The notes beneath the pieces are model-generated. The model was not told the DNA's origin. It was given only the letters and a program-made list of their open reading frames with translations, and did not search any database. Shown here piece by piece: positions 40,331 to 54,629 of a DNA stretch of 64,000 nucleotides (its first letter is position 1; every line of letters begins with the position of its first letter). The stretch comes from Octopus sinensis (Eukaryota). A program made the position numbers and the translations under genes. The DNA lies in contig NC_042997.1 of the NCBI RefSeq assembly GCF_006345805.1, positions 27,900,001-27,964,000 on the forward strand, given 5' to 3'.

Positions 40331-41717
40331 AATCTATTCACATTGGTGAGTGAAAAAAGCAGTCACTTCGAGTAAACACTTTGTAAGATGCTGTGTAAAT
40401 CTCACCCAAATTTTTTCCGTTACCAGATGTCATCACTCAACTCAAACACACACACGCACGCACGCACCCACTCACACTCATACGTACGCACGCATACACA
40501 GACACACTTGCACACACATTTATTGTTTTATTTTGCTTATCAGTTTTCAGAAATCAAGGAAACATTTACCAAAATTGAGACCCTATACATTGAGTGTGTG
40601 TGTTTGTGTGTGCATGTGTGTTTGTGTATGTGTGTGTGCTTGTGTGCGTGTGTATATCGTACCATGAAAATATGAAATGATTTTTTTTTCTGTTTTCCTC
40701 TTATTCACCCTTTGAATCACTTCATCACCTCTTCACTGTCGACAATAATGATTACCTTACAGTAATATATGCCGGTGGCTAACTTATATCACCGCTTCCG
40801 AGAATGCTGTTGTATTGAATGTCCGTTTTCTATGTTGGTATGGATCGGACGGTTTGACCAGAGATAGAAAGCGGGAGAACTGCACTAGGTTCTATTCTAA
40901 ATTGGCTTGGGCTTCTGCAGCTGGATGTCCTTGCTAACTAACGGTCAACTACTTTACAGTGTCAGTTGGGTGCTTTGAACGTGGCACCGCATGTAACTCT
41001 TCTAGCCAGTTCATAGAATAACTCATATATTTGCACCTGATTCATTTTATCAAAATCTTTTTTTCTCCTTTATCCATTGTACCGTTGTGACGCACACCAA
41101 ACAATATAATATCAAGTGTTATGTACACCAAACGTTTGGAAATATCTTTCATTTAACATCACAGGCAGGTTATTGACTTACATGTTGTTCCTTCTAACAA
41201 CATATCCACTATACATGTAATATCAACATTCTACTCTTAGATACGATGCACTTTAACCCAATCTCCTCTCACAGGGACATACATTAAACAATAGTAACAG
41301 TGTTAATTGAATATACGATGTTGTTTCTTTTTACAGATCAACAAAACAATCATTTCATGTATCAAACAAACAGTCTTATATATCAACCTCTCTAGGCATG
41401 ACCGACATACGAGTAAAAAATCAAAATTTTACGCCTGACAATTTCTTATTATTTCGTATTGCCACTACACATTTATATGATTCGCAAAAAGCATCACTCG
41501 GACCTAAATTCTTTTTGTAAATTCAGGAGTGTTTCAGCATTGATAAGATACAGAATCGTTCGCTTATGAGAACCATGAAATTATAGGCATTATTGTTCTG
41601 CTTCCATAGCTTGTGGTGCCACTACTCCACACACAACACCATCGTGAAGCTACTTTCAACCATTAGCTTATAGAAATCTCGTTTGCATTCTTTGCATTTT
41701 TTCTTGTAACTAATGTA

Positions 41718-42918
41718 TCAGGTCATCCATTAAGTTATGTCCGAATTTTGAATAAAGAAAACAAGTGATCAAATGTTATATTTAACTGAAATTTAATCAT
41801 TAATGTACTTTTGCTGATTATCTATGACTTCATTCCATCTCTTTACAAGCTTTTTAATCCAATCAATGTAAAACTCTTTTGGTTTCAAACCGAAGAACTC
41901 TGAAATGTCAGTTTCGAACTCCTCCTGACTTGCGAAAGTTATGTCCCCCAAATAATTCTGTAAACTACAAAACAAATGGTAGTCTGAAGGAGCAAGGTGG
42001 ATGAGGAATTTTGGCATGGGCCTGATGAAACATCACTCCTTTTCTATTCACTAAAGCGGGTCTTTTTGCTTCAAAGCTTGGTTCAAACGCTCTAACTGCT
42101 GACTGTTGGCTTGAGCATTGATTGTTGCATTAGGTGGTCACAATTTAAAGTGAATTACTCCTTTGATATCCCACCAGATAGAGAGAAGAAACTTTTCCCC
42201 ATGAAGTTCCCTTCTTGGTTGAGTTCCCTTTTACCAAGCCACTGTTTACAACGTTTAACATTTCGAAGGAAGATCCATTTTTCGTCACCTCTTTCAAGTC
42301 TATCCAAAAAGGGTGAAATGAGTTCGCAAGAATGGAGAGAAGAGATGTCAACTCGGGATTTGCGGTTGCTTTCGGACAATTCATGAGGCACCCATTTTCA
42401 AATTTTAGGAACCTTTCCGAGTTGTTGAAGATGATGAACAGTTGTATGGTTTGAACTAAACTTTACTTTAACTGATAATGCAGGATTTTCTTCAAGTAAT
42501 GCCTTAAGGAGCTTATCAACAAACTCAACTGAACGTCCTCTTCGACCTTCCTCTTCAAGGCTACAATCTCCACTTCTGAATTTTGCAAACCATCTCCTGC
42601 AAGTTGTTTCATTCAAGCACTCGTTCCCATAAACCATAAACTGAGTGCATGTTTCGAGTAGCTTCGGCTGCAGAGTTTCGTTTTTTGTACTCAAAAAGCA
42701 TTATGTGCCTCAAATGCTCTTTGGATACTTCCATGTTAGAAAAGGTTTTAATCAAAGAAATTTTAATTCTATTATTCTATAAAATAATATTTAATTAGTT
42801 TAAATGTACACAAATGCATAAAAGTAATTTTTAATTCCATTACACATTCTACAATACTATTAAATTTCATTCAATTTTAAAAAAGGTAAAATCGGATAGA
42901 ACTTATGGGATGACCTGA
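41718..42918 (-). mobile_element. Mariner (DD34D-type) transposon, internally deleted and frameshifted
   Basis: TIRs TA|TCAGGTCATCC(AT/CA)TAAGTT at both ends with TA TSDs. Transposase remnants run from ATG 42734 (MEVSKEHLRHIMLFEY...WFAKFRSGD, PHELS, GDEKW, APSDYHLF) to 41793. Confidence 0.92.
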
Positions 42919-43371
42919 TAGATCATATACTGTTGAGCTAGTGAGTTACATATCCTTTCGACCTAGAATGACATTTCTCTCAGCACAAGATCATCCCTAT
43001 TACGTTTCACCTGTCATATTCACTCAGTTGAAAAAAATTCACCCAGCTTTTACTCTCCAGAAATACAGCTTACTGACTTTCGTCCAACGATCTATTAGGC
43101 CCTACTAGCAATCAAACCCAAAACTTGACAGCAGTACTTACAGCATTTGTAACGGCGTGCAGATATCAAATAAATCTCAAATGGCTTAGTCTACCTTGTT
43201 GGAGATGAGTACGTTACGCTTCAAAAAATTGTGATATTTCAGAGACAAAAAAAAAAGAAGAAAAATATGAAGCCAACAATATATCCATTATTTCTAGTAA
43301 TGTACATACCCATAGGACGCTTTGTTTCAATTAGCTAATTCGCTTAAAAAACAGGGAAGGATGAACGGCAA

Positions 43372-43620
43372 AAGACGACCTCAGCGGATTTTGAAAGCAA
43401 TAAGTTGGAAGAAATAGCACTAAGCATTTTGTCTGACGTGCTAATAATTCTATCAGCTCGCTGGCGTATAATAATATTTTTCCATAGAATGAACAAAGCT
43501 TGAAGTTTGTGTGCTGGGGTATCTATTCAATTACATCGGTCCCATTGTTGTGCTGGTACTTATTTTGTCGACCACGAAAGGCAAATTCGACTTCTGCGGA
43601 ATTTGAACTGAGAACGTAAA
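43372..43620 (-). mobile_element. Degenerate SINE family A fragments
   Basis: Reverse-complement matches to the head (CAGCTCGC) and the B-box region (GGAATTTGAACT). Confidence 0.55.
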
Positions 43621-44358
43621 GAGCCAAATGAAGTTCCAAAAAGACATTTCTCAAATACTCTAAAAAGATTCTACAAGCACAGACCCTATATTGTTTATAA
43701 CATAGGAACAAAATTTTTAAGTTGTGTGAGAGGGTTAGTCGATTAAATCTTCCCAAATACTTGATTGGTAATTTCTTTTACTGACATCGAAGGAATAAGT
43801 TGCAAAGGTAGAATCGATGTCATTTGTTTCGATGTTGCTTCCAGATCCCTCCCTTCTTTGTGTCTGACAGAAGACCGATAATGTTGAGAGGAGCATGGTA
43901 CACCGACATCTTCGATCCCAACGCCTCATTAGTACTTTATTTTTTTCGACCCAGAAGAGATACTAAGAGAAGTTGATCTCTATCAGATTTTGTAACAAGA
44001 ATGTCTGCAATATTTTATTCTGGGGTACAAACGATTCTGCTATTTCCACGTTTGTAATTATCATTTCTAATTTAGGCAGGTGACCAGCAAATTTGATAGC
44101 AGAGGTCAATGCGATCAATACCAGTACCTGACTGGTGTTTCATTTCATCGACCCCCAAAAGGGCGATCAAGTTAAATCGGTGGAATTTGAATACAGAAGG
44201 TAAAAACCTATAACTGAAAACCACAAATCCTTCTGTTCCACTAACAGCCATCAAAGAGAGAAAGTTATAGAAAAGGGAGGATATAATTATACCGACCACA
44301 ATATTGGATTGGTGCATTTTTTATCGATTTCGGAAGGACAAATTACAAATTGATACAC

Positions 44359-44775
44359 TTTTACTCTTTTTACTCTTTTACTTGTTTCAGTCATTTGACT
44401 GCGGCCATGCTGGAGCACCGCCTTTAATCGAGCAACTCGACCCCGGGACTTATTCTTTGTAAGCCCAGTACTTATTCCATCGGTCTCTTTTGCCGAACCC
44501 CTAAGTGACGGGGACGTAAACACACCAGCATCGGTTGTCAAGCAATGCTAGGGGGACAAACACAGACACACAAACATACACGCACGCACACACACATATA
44601 TATATATACCTATATACGACGAGCTTCTTTCAGTTTCCGTTTACCAAATCCACTCACAAGGCTTTGGTCGGCCCGAGGCTATAATAGAAGACACTTGCCC
44701 AAGGTGCCACGCAGTGGGACTGAACCCGGAACCATGTGGTTGGTAAGCAAGCTACTTACCACACAGCCACTCCTG
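44359..44775 (-). mobile_element. tRNA-derived SINE (family B), full length
   Basis: Near-identical to 24760-25169, with the 3' stem-loop at 44384-44422. Confidence 0.92.
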
Positions 44776-45054
44776 ATAGTGTGATTATAATTCAGAAAAT
44801 AAAGAGACGAATCAAATGCTGCAGAGGCATTTTTACGTCACTTTTACATTTCTGACAAAATAGTATTGCTATTATTATCAATAAATAATTAACATTATCG
44901 AATAATCCGTCCCCATTCCAAATTTCTGATTTCGTGTCTATTTCGGTAAAAATTATTACCGTTATATTTTGGTGTTGCATTCCGTCTAATTCCCGAGCCT
45001 ATTATTCTTGCTGTTGTTATTGCTCTTGCTTTTTTCGTCATGATCAACATGTCT

Positions 45055-45572
45055 CAGAAAAACCACATGTGCGTGACATGGTGATTTCATATGAAGATAA
45101 ACAGCACATGACCTTGCAGGTGGGGGCCTAGTTAGAATTTTCTTCTGGTCGAGTAACCCATCCTGCTCAAAAGGACCCTGAATAAGGGCTGTTTAAGGAT
45201 GTTGAACGAAACACCCATGTTTCCAAAGAGGAATTATCCAAACCTCTAATAATTCCTTTTAACACACGGCTATCATGCTCCCCCACCCATGTCTCCAGAG
45301 GTGAATTATTCAAACCCCAAAGAATCCCTCTCGACACATGGCTATGATGCTCCCCCACTACTTCTACTCATGATCAGAGATGCACATATCATCAGCCACT
45401 AAGTGACATGCCTCAACTGGTTATGGTCAAACACCTGACAAACAAATCTGTGGTATTGAGCAGAATATTTGCTGTAGCCCATCTTTTATGACAAAAACAA
45501 TGTACATGATAACACTTCCAAACAGTTAAGATCAGCAGCCATGATAGCGACAGCCTGGTACTGCATCAGGGC

Positions 45573-45615
<43 letters not shown>

Positions 45616-45620
45616 ATTAT
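45055..45620 (+). mobile_element. Interspersed retro-repeat with internal ~75-bp duplication and (ATT)n tail
   Basis: ACCCATGT.TCCA.AG..GAATTAT.CAAACC...ACAC..GGCTAT.ATGCTCCCC occurs at ~45213 and ~45286, and the repeat ends in (ATT)n. Confidence 0.55.
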
Positions 45621-46249
45621 TATTATGATGATGATTATTTAATCATGAAATATTACATTAAACCAAGAACCAGAACATGAGACAATGTGACTTGATACAA
45701 TATTATACTATACAAGCGAACTAACGATAGGTGTGCGCAGTATATGTATATCAGAGGGAATATATATTCATGCACATAAGTAATCGTGTGAGCAACTATG
45801 CGCATTGTGACATGTGTCGATGTGTATATCGCAACGTAGGCGAGTGTATATATGGAGAATTTACAACTTTATATACGTGTATTCATAAATGATTGGACAG
45901 ATTAGTTAATATGCGCACAAGCACGCACACATGCACGTTCACAGACACATAGACAAATAGACATGAAGATGGATAGAATCTGATCTTGGCAATACCACAA
46001 ATGAAATCATATAATCACATAAGCAGTAATAAAAACATAATCATAAGCCGTTTCTGCTCATAACAAAGGAGTAAGATATTAATAAGAAAAAATAATAACG
46101 ACAATTACAATAACAACTACAACAACAAAAACAGTAACAACTAGAATAAGAATAATATTACACACACTCACACACATATATATATACATAAATATACATA
46201 CATACGTACATAGTTTATACATTCACATACATACATATGTATATGTATG

Positions 46250-46280
<31 letters not shown>

Positions 46281-47200
46281 ATAGATGTATAGATATGGAT
46301 GCACAACACCATAAAAACGTAATAGCATTTTAGTAATAAATCCACAGACACACTGCCCCTTTCCACAGTACTAATATATGCATCCATGTACAAAAACATA
46401 ATGCATTCATCACTAGTAAAATATGATACGAGATACCAATGAAAATAGAAATAATAGAATATTTATTGAACTACCTACATAATATGAAGTAAGGCCTTCA
46501 CGGAAGAATAATGTCATAAATAAAAATGTAGTAGTTTGAGGTTTTATTGCCATTTTAGGCATCCCAATATACATCTGTGCAAACACAGGGTATCCGAGGA
46601 AAGGACAAGGTGTGGTGTTGCATTGAAACAGCTTCGAGTATCACATACATACATACACACAAAAACACACATATGTATATACATTCATGCATGCATGCAT
46701 GCGTACGTACACACATACATACATGATAACTCTCTACTCGTCAGTCGAGTATAACTACTACTGACAGGTAAATGTTTGCTACGCCCGTGAAATAGCGTTA
46801 TAAGTTGAGTGTAGCTTGCACAGCACTATAACCACTAGCAATACAGGGATCAGCAAATTGCAAGATCCTCAGCGCAGGAGAGCGACAGATTTCTATATAC
46901 CAGTTGGCTTTCTCCGAGAGGGATGCATTAACAAAGAGAGGAGATCCCACCACACTCCGAATAGCGTTGCTGCACCATCGACACCAAACCGAGCGTTTTT
47001 TACCAGTCGTCACACATATGCTAATTAATTCACAGCTGGGGCCCCTACAGGTACTCCTCCTTTGGGTCAGAGTAGATCTCGCAACAACAGTGGCTAAGAT
47101 GTTGTTTCACGTTCCGTAAAATCCTGGAACCCCTGCATGAGATCCCTGCTACCGGTTGCACTTTGAAATCAAACCCCGGATATACATTCATATATATATA

Positions 47201-47408
47201 ACGGGAAGCTTTATGAAAATAAACAAAAGACGAAGGCAGGTGGAGTACAAACAAACAATTGTATTAGTATGGCGCTCAGGAATATAAATAAAACAAGTCT
47301 TTTACGTTTCGAGCCTACGCTCTTCAACAGAAAGATACACGGAAAAGAAACACGGACAGAAACAAGGAGAGAAAAAATGCGTGCAGAAGCTAGCGATTCA
47401 ACATGGCA
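47201..47408 (-). mobile_element. Second copy of the 35-kb hammerhead repeat
   Basis: Begins (TA)n-ACGGGAAGCTTTATGAAAAT and contains a hammerhead at 47298-47335. Confidence 0.8.
47298..47335 (-). ncRNA. Hammerhead motif with A6U core variant
   Basis: Reads UCUUU-CUGUUGA-A-GAGC-GUAG-GCUC-GAAA-C-GUA-AAAGA. Confidence 0.6.
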
Positions 47409-50400
47409 TATGTTAAAGGTCAGGGTACAATATGCACCTTTTTGCTAGCAAGAAGAGTTAAATCTCTCCAAAGCCACGCATCTCTCACTACGTAAACACA
47501 CACGGAGGATGTACGAAATACACTAAAAAACAATCTCGTCATTTGTAAAACAACGGAAAGCGAGATTATTTGTTACTGAGATATCCACTCTCTTCTTTGT
47601 CGTTTTACAAATGGGAACAACTGTTTTGTTTTTTGTTTTTTTTAGTATTTTTGCTATATTCTCCTTGCCTGTTTACGTATAGTGGGAGATGCGTGGTTTT
47701 TGAAGAATTTTAATTCCGCTTTCTAGCAAGTAAGTACGTAATGCACCCTGGCTTTTAATAATATATGTTTTGCCTATTTTGGTTATATTATATAATCATT
47801 TTTTTTAAAGATATTGATAACTTACTTGAATTTTGTATAAACGCACACACGTACACACAAACACACACAAACACAAACATACACATATACAATCGACTAT
47901 TGCAAGTAGATATTCTACTAGCTCTGTATGTGTGTCCGGCTTATTTTTGTTGTTCTAGTACCTATATCTATGCGATCAGATGAAAGTAATATCACAGGGA
48001 TACATGCGAGGACAGCCTCACTTAGATGCCGAGTACCTACCTGCCTGTCTGTCTGCCTGCCTGTCTGTGAAATAAAAGCAGCTCTAGTGTAATAAATATT
48101 ATTAACTACATACACATAATCTTTATTTTCCGGTGGCTGCACTAGCGTGGTGGAATATTTCTAGTTTCATATGTAAATTTTCTTTCATTTACGCACTTTC
48201 TGGGCATACCAGCTCATAATTTTACAAATCATGAGCATATAAGTCGTTGATTGGCTAGGTGACCTGCTTTCAACCTTGGCGGGTACGTGATGTTGACAAT
48301 AGACAAGTATGTCAAAACACCAGGTGACCATCACTCCCAAATGGGATCGAAGGTAAGTTATCTCACATGTCCATGACTGTGAAGTGTTACATGCAGCGCT
48401 TTCAGAATATATATATATACTCCACTCACATATATCCCTGTGATATTACTTGCATCTGAACACGTAGATACAGGTACTAAAGCAAACAAACAAAAAAGGC
48501 GGCAAATACATGAAGCTAATGGAATTCTTCAATCTAATAGTCGACTCACTTTTACTACTAACGCTATATTCAGAGAAAATTAGAGAAGAGATTTCATTCA
48601 CTAGGGAAGTGCCTTCACGACATTTAGCAATGGAGGAGAACAGAATTTAATGGAGAAATGTAGTTAAAAAAGTCATTCATGTCTTGCACACTATTTATTT
48701 CAACCAGGATCAAATTAATTCAACTCTGATGTAAAAACACCCACTTTCTTTTTGGATTAATAGTATAAAACTTATTACGTCAAACTTGAGTTAAATAAAG
48801 GATCTTAATAAAATATAATAATAGAACATGCATTGTAACGGCTTTCTTATTTTATTCAAATTGATATTTTCTAATGCTTCACTCAAGCGTCCTCAAATAA
48901 AAGAACCTAACTTGATTACACATAAGCACACAAGCCTCGGATTAATAACACCGTAGTGGAATGGCAGATTTAGAATATTGGACGTAAACCTCTTTCAGAG
49001 TAGCTATCTGATTGATTGCATACCGAGTTCAATCTCCATTTAGAAAACTACGGCTCAGCGTGCCGAACCGGCAGTCGTAGAGTGGACAGAAAAGCGAATG
49101 GTCAAAACACCAAATAGATGCTGGTGTGTAGAATCGTACAACAGCTTTCTCTAACTCGAGCAGTATATATCCTGGTGGCTCGCATGCTTGTAGGCATGTA
49201 TGTATGCTTGTAAGTATGCATATAAGCATGTATGAATGTATGTATGTATCTCTATATCTATCTACCTATCTATCTATTAGTAAACGATAAAAGATAAGAG
49301 ATAAATACTGTATATATATATATATATATATATCGTTAAATATCAGATATTATCGAGTTAGAAAACAAAGAGATCTAATGGATACAAATTTATTAACTAA
49401 TTATCATACTCACTTAAAATATTTTCATTTTACAAACCAGATTAGAATTCCAAAACATATATAAATATATAATTTTGCGTTTTAAATATCTTGTAAGGAA
49501 AACGCTAAGGCTTTTCCATACAAGGTGTTTAAAATATGAAATTATATATTGATATATGTTTTGTAATTTTAATTTTGTTTGTGAAATGAAACAATTGTAG
49601 GTGAATATGTTAACCAATTAATAAATTAATTTGTATCCATTGTATTTGTGTTTATTCACCTTACTATACTATAAATGAGTGTGTGTGTGTTTGTGTGTGT
49701 GCGTGAGTTTGTATATATGTGTGTAATATGAAAATGCTAGAAGAGAAATAATTGAATGACAAATGGTATATATTTGAACAACAACGCAAATTAGATTAGT
49801 TCAAATAATGAAATAGACTCTTGACTCATTAATAATATATCCGCTTCTCGAGAGGAAGATAAGACAAAATATGAAAGCGAGATAATCTCAAGGGTTGAAA
49901 ATTCTTCACAACTGATATGCCTGCAGAAAAGAATAAACGAAAAAAAAAAAAGACAGAAAAAAAAACAAATGACTGTCTCATCATTTAAAGATAAGAGAAC
50001 AGCTGTGAACAAGTACTATTATCAGGAGTACAGACGAGGCAGATAGACATATGCAAGCAGAAGCATAACAGATTTATGTCTTAAGTAAGGGAATTGTTTT
50101 CATTACATTTATGCAATAATTGCTGAAGATATATATGTGTTCTACTCCTGTTCGTTTATGTTTAAGTCGTGGCGTCTGAGGAGAGAAGGCAGGACAAGAT
50201 CTGCATCAATGATACCTGTTGAAGTAGAGACCTGTAACCAAAGCTGTCGTCCTACACAGACGGAATCAAATTACCTTTTCTTTAAAGGCACGACAATTTT
50301 CTAGAATTCACTGAAATGACAGATGGAACCAACGAAGAACTTATTTAAATAATCATTGGAGGAAGTGCATTTTACACTTCGGATGAATGATAATGATGTA

Positions 50401-50702
50401 CACAACATCTCGCCAATGTACTGTGGCTGAAAATGTGTGTAGAAACCATTGTACAGTGTTTAATGGAAAAATACCGTTCACTCAGGTTTTTATCATTATC
50501 CCCTTGTATAAACATGGATACTATGGAATTCCTGATGTATAATATCCAGTAGAAAGTGCATTTTCACTTTATGATGACGCCAGGTAGCCAATAACTGTGG
50601 AAGAGCTTTGCATAGCATACTACTAGGTTCTAACCCGAATCTAGTGTAACTACACACGCACACACGCACACACACACACACACACATGCACATATATATG
50701 CT

Positions 50703-51000
50703 GCATGGCCCAGTGGTTAGAGTTTCGGGCTCACAATCATGAGGTAGTGAATGCAATTCCCGGACCGGACTGTGAGTGTTCTTCGGCAAGATATTTTTTC
50801 TCGTTGCTTCAGTTCACTCAGTTCTAGAAACGAGTATCAACACAACTGGTGCCAAGCGGCATCCACCTTTGCCTTTCCCTTGGATAACCTCGGTGTTGTG
50901 GAGAGGGGTTGCGGGTATGCATGGGTGACTGCTGGTCTTCCATAAACAACCTCGCCCGGACTTGTGCTTTCTAGGTGCAATCTCGGGATAATTTATAACC
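50703..51000 (+). mobile_element. Degenerate tRNA-derived SINE
   Basis: Head TGGCCCAGTGGTTAGAG...CACAATCATGAGG is tRNA-like. Confidence 0.55.
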
Positions 51001-51039
51001 GAAGGGGTTCTTTACCAATTCTTTTTGGCGCCCTTTTAA

Positions 51040-51266
51040 AGTCTAGCCAGGCTCATGGGCCTGGTTTCAATGGCGTATGTGTTCCCCAGCTGGACGGGAC
51101 ACCATTCCATCGCAGCGTTACTCATTTTTGCTAGCTTAGTGGTCTGGAGCGACGTGAAATGAAGTGTTTTGCTCAAGAACACAACGCGTCGCCCGGTCCA
51201 GGAATCGAAACCACAATCTTACGATCATGATGCTGACACCCTAACCACTTAGCAACGCGCCTTCAC
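51040..51266 (-). mobile_element. tRNA-derived SINE
   Basis: The minus strand reads GTGAAGGCGCGTTGCTAAGTGGTTAGGG...GGTTTCGATTCC (A/B boxes), then TGTTCTTGAGCAAAACACTT. Confidence 0.7.
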
Positions 51267-52148
51267 TTTTTACCATTTTACCCATCACAAATAGAAGAGA
51301 ATATGTTTCGTACAGTTGGATAACGCGATGGGTTAAAACAGGCAGGAAAATAGCGCGTTGGTTGTGCAGCGAGAGTTTAAAAAGTAGTTACTTTTATAAC
51401 AGATATAACTTTTATAACAGATGAACAACCAGTATAACAGAACTATTTTAAATGAAACTGCGAGTTTTGGGGGGCTCGTAAGCCGTTCCATCTAATCCAT
51501 TATAAATATTCATTTCACTTCATATTTTTCGATTTTTTAATTTATGTACCCCACGTCCTGTCTTGTAATGTCCCCTCTTAATTAGGGCCTTAGAGCCTAT
51601 AATAAAGAATAGTTACGAGATAATGGTGAGCTTTTATTCAGCCACCACAGTCGAACACTTTTTGGAGTGTGTTACGGTTCAGAGTTGAAACTCGTAACAT
51701 TTATTCGACACACTTTGGTGACATTACTTCCTCCTGGTAAAAGTAACATTCACTGATGGTGAATGAAAGAGTATGAAGGATTTTGTTTTAGATGCAATCA
51801 AGAGCTTGCGATGTATATATATATAATTAGATACTGAGATACGTGTATATGTGTGTATTTATGTATCTATGCATGTATATGTGTGATCCGTTCGCACATA
51901 TACATATGTATGTATGCATGTGTGTGCATCATCCGTTCGCACATGTACACATATACATACACACATACACGCACATACATTTATATGTATATATACTGAA
52001 ATATATATGTATCATATACACATGCACGTACATATAGACACAGGTTACATGTTTATGTGTGTATATATATATATACATATATGAATGTGGTCACTCATAA
52101 GAATGGATGAGCTTGGAATAAAAAAATTGTGTAATTTATCTAACGTAT

Positions 52149-52184
<36 letters not shown>

Positions 52185-54159
52185 AAATGAAATCTCTGAT
52201 TAATATGTTTTTCCTTATCAGCAACTACTTCATGCTCGAATTGCACTCTGCCAACACCAACGCTGTTCTCTCACATTCCTTCAATAAAAATAAACGATGT
52301 TGAGTGTACTTACCATCTGATTATTAGGCTCCTAATTGCTTTTTTTCCTTCACAAATATCATTATGCTCTGTTAACTTCTTACTGAGGATACAGAAATGT
52401 GTAAATTCCTTCAATCCTAAAAACAATCCTAACACCGTCAAGCGGAAATCTCTTACTGCACACTATATTTATTGTATATCGCCTTCTAGAATCTAAATAT
52501 GAATATTTAGTCATGAATTCATTTTCCCAAAATTTCTGCATGTTCATAAATTTTTGTACGCATATGTTAACCCTATTTTATTAAGAATCATCATATTATA
52601 CGCCATCTTACCTTTCATGACAGAGCTAACAGGATTTGAAATGTTCTACTTATAGCAACTCTTAAAAACATCAGGCCTCCCATGAAAGTAGGTATAGTAA
52701 GTATGCATAACTCAATGCTATAAGTTTCTATAATACAGAATAATTGAGCGAGTTAATTAATATGAGTTGATGGAACTACACATGATGAGATTTTCTCTAA
52801 ATAACCTCCAAATGATGAAATCATTGCCACAACTATGACCTCTATGGCTTGGTCACCCAATTTGCAAGAAAGTGTAGCCAAATACTCATTAAATCACCAC
52901 CTACTGCCTTAAGCATAAAACAGGTGTAAACATTTGAAAATGTCCTTCATATAATGCTAGAGAAAATAAAGAGTGATGTTCACGCACATGGTAGAACCCA
53001 TTAGAAAATGTAATTTCTAATATACAAACAAATGCGAGAGCCCTGGGTAAAGCAAAATCATAAGACTGTTGAATCAGAGTGATCGGCTCTGGAGTGAAAC
53101 CGTTACACAAATATTTCATACACGGCCAAATCTGATAAAATTTACACACAGAAATATATCATATTTATTAAGTACGAAGAAAATTGTATGATATCATGGT
53201 AATTTATTACTATGAGTATTATAAAGTAAATGGCTGCACGAGGCGCGATGTGCGAATTTCCGCTTCATGTCGTTTATGCCTGATGATAGTCATATGCAGC
53301 TAGACCGACCGTGTGAGTGAGAGTTGAGTTTAAGAGTTATGAATAATGTGCAGTGACTGTGAGGAGATATGAAGCGTTCATATTTCACCTGATCGTCCTC
53401 TAACCTAGCTAATCGCTTATGAACGGCTTCCTCAATTAAACTATATATATATGGTTCTTAATGTTATTTTACTATTGTTTATTATATATCACATGCACAC
53501 AAGCTGAAAGGCAAATGCAAAAACATACACACATACACACACATACATACACACACACACACACATAAATACACACACACGCGCACACATATATACATGC
53601 ACATATATTTATGTGTGTGTGTCTGTATCTATGTATGATGTAAGTGTGTGTATTATATATAACACATACATGTAGAGTGAGATTCTCATCAAAATTTGAT
53701 GATGCTTATTTTCCCTCCAAAATTATCACCGTCATGTTCAATTTTAGACAACGTGCTATTTATAACCAATAATCAATATCTTTAAAGCAAAGTTTGTCGG
53801 TGATAGATTGGACTTCAATGCGTTATACCCGCTTATTTTATCGATTTAAAAACAGTAAATCACATATCAAATTGAATAGTGGACAACTGCAGACACCATA
53901 TTCATATAGTATATATTGAAAGCAAAATCAGCATAGCAGAGCCCATATATAATCAACAGAAAAAAATGAAATACTCTTCAAATGAATATAGTACTGCTAT
54001 TTACAACAGTGACCTAGTGGACATGTAGTTATTATTTATACCTAGGTAGACTGAATTGTGGAGAATTAAGTGGTTTTAGTGATGGAAAATACGAAAGCTG
54101 ATCTTTGTTTTCTGCTCCAGTATATACTTGATCATGCACAGCTCTTGTATGCTATATTA

Positions 54160-54629
54160 GGCGAGCTGGTAGAAACGGTAGCACGCTGGGCGAAATTCGT
54201 AGCAGTATTTCGTCTGTCGTTACGTTCCGAGTTCAAATTCCGCCGAGGTCGACTTTGCCTTTCATCCTTTCGGGGTCGATAAATTAAGTACCAGTTACGC
54301 ACTGGGGTCGATGTAATCGACTTAATCCCTTTGTCTGTCCTTGTTTGTCCCCTCTATGTTTAGCCCCTTGTGGGTAGTAAAGAAATATATATTAGGCGAG
54401 CTGGTAGAAACGTTAGCACGCCGGGCGAAATTCGTAGCCGTATTTCGTCTGTCGTTACGTTCCGAGTTCAAATTCCGCCGAGGTCGACTTTGCCTTTCAT
54501 CCTTTCGGGGTCGATAAATTAAGTACCAGTTACGCACTGGGGTCGATGTAGTCGACTTAATCCCTTTGTCTGTCCTTGTTTGTCTCCTCTGTGTTTAGCC
54601 CGTTGTGGGTAGTAAAGAAATATATATTA
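54160..54629 (+). mobile_element. Head-to-tail dimer of SINE family A (235-bp period)
   Basis: Units start at 54160 and 54395. TATATTA occurs at 54153, 54388 and 54623. Confidence 0.93.

Noticed and set aside
46800-47050. GC-richer segment with LSAGERQ (ABC-like) and CRWC motifs
   Set aside because: Motifs are too short and lack splice context; probably a decayed repeat.
48325-48353. Exon candidate before GAAG|GTAAGT
   Set aside because: Poor polypyrimidine tract, and longer versions have stops in all frames.
52901-53149. 82-aa minus-strand ORF in unique sequence
   Set aside because: No recognisable motif, and its length is expected by chance.
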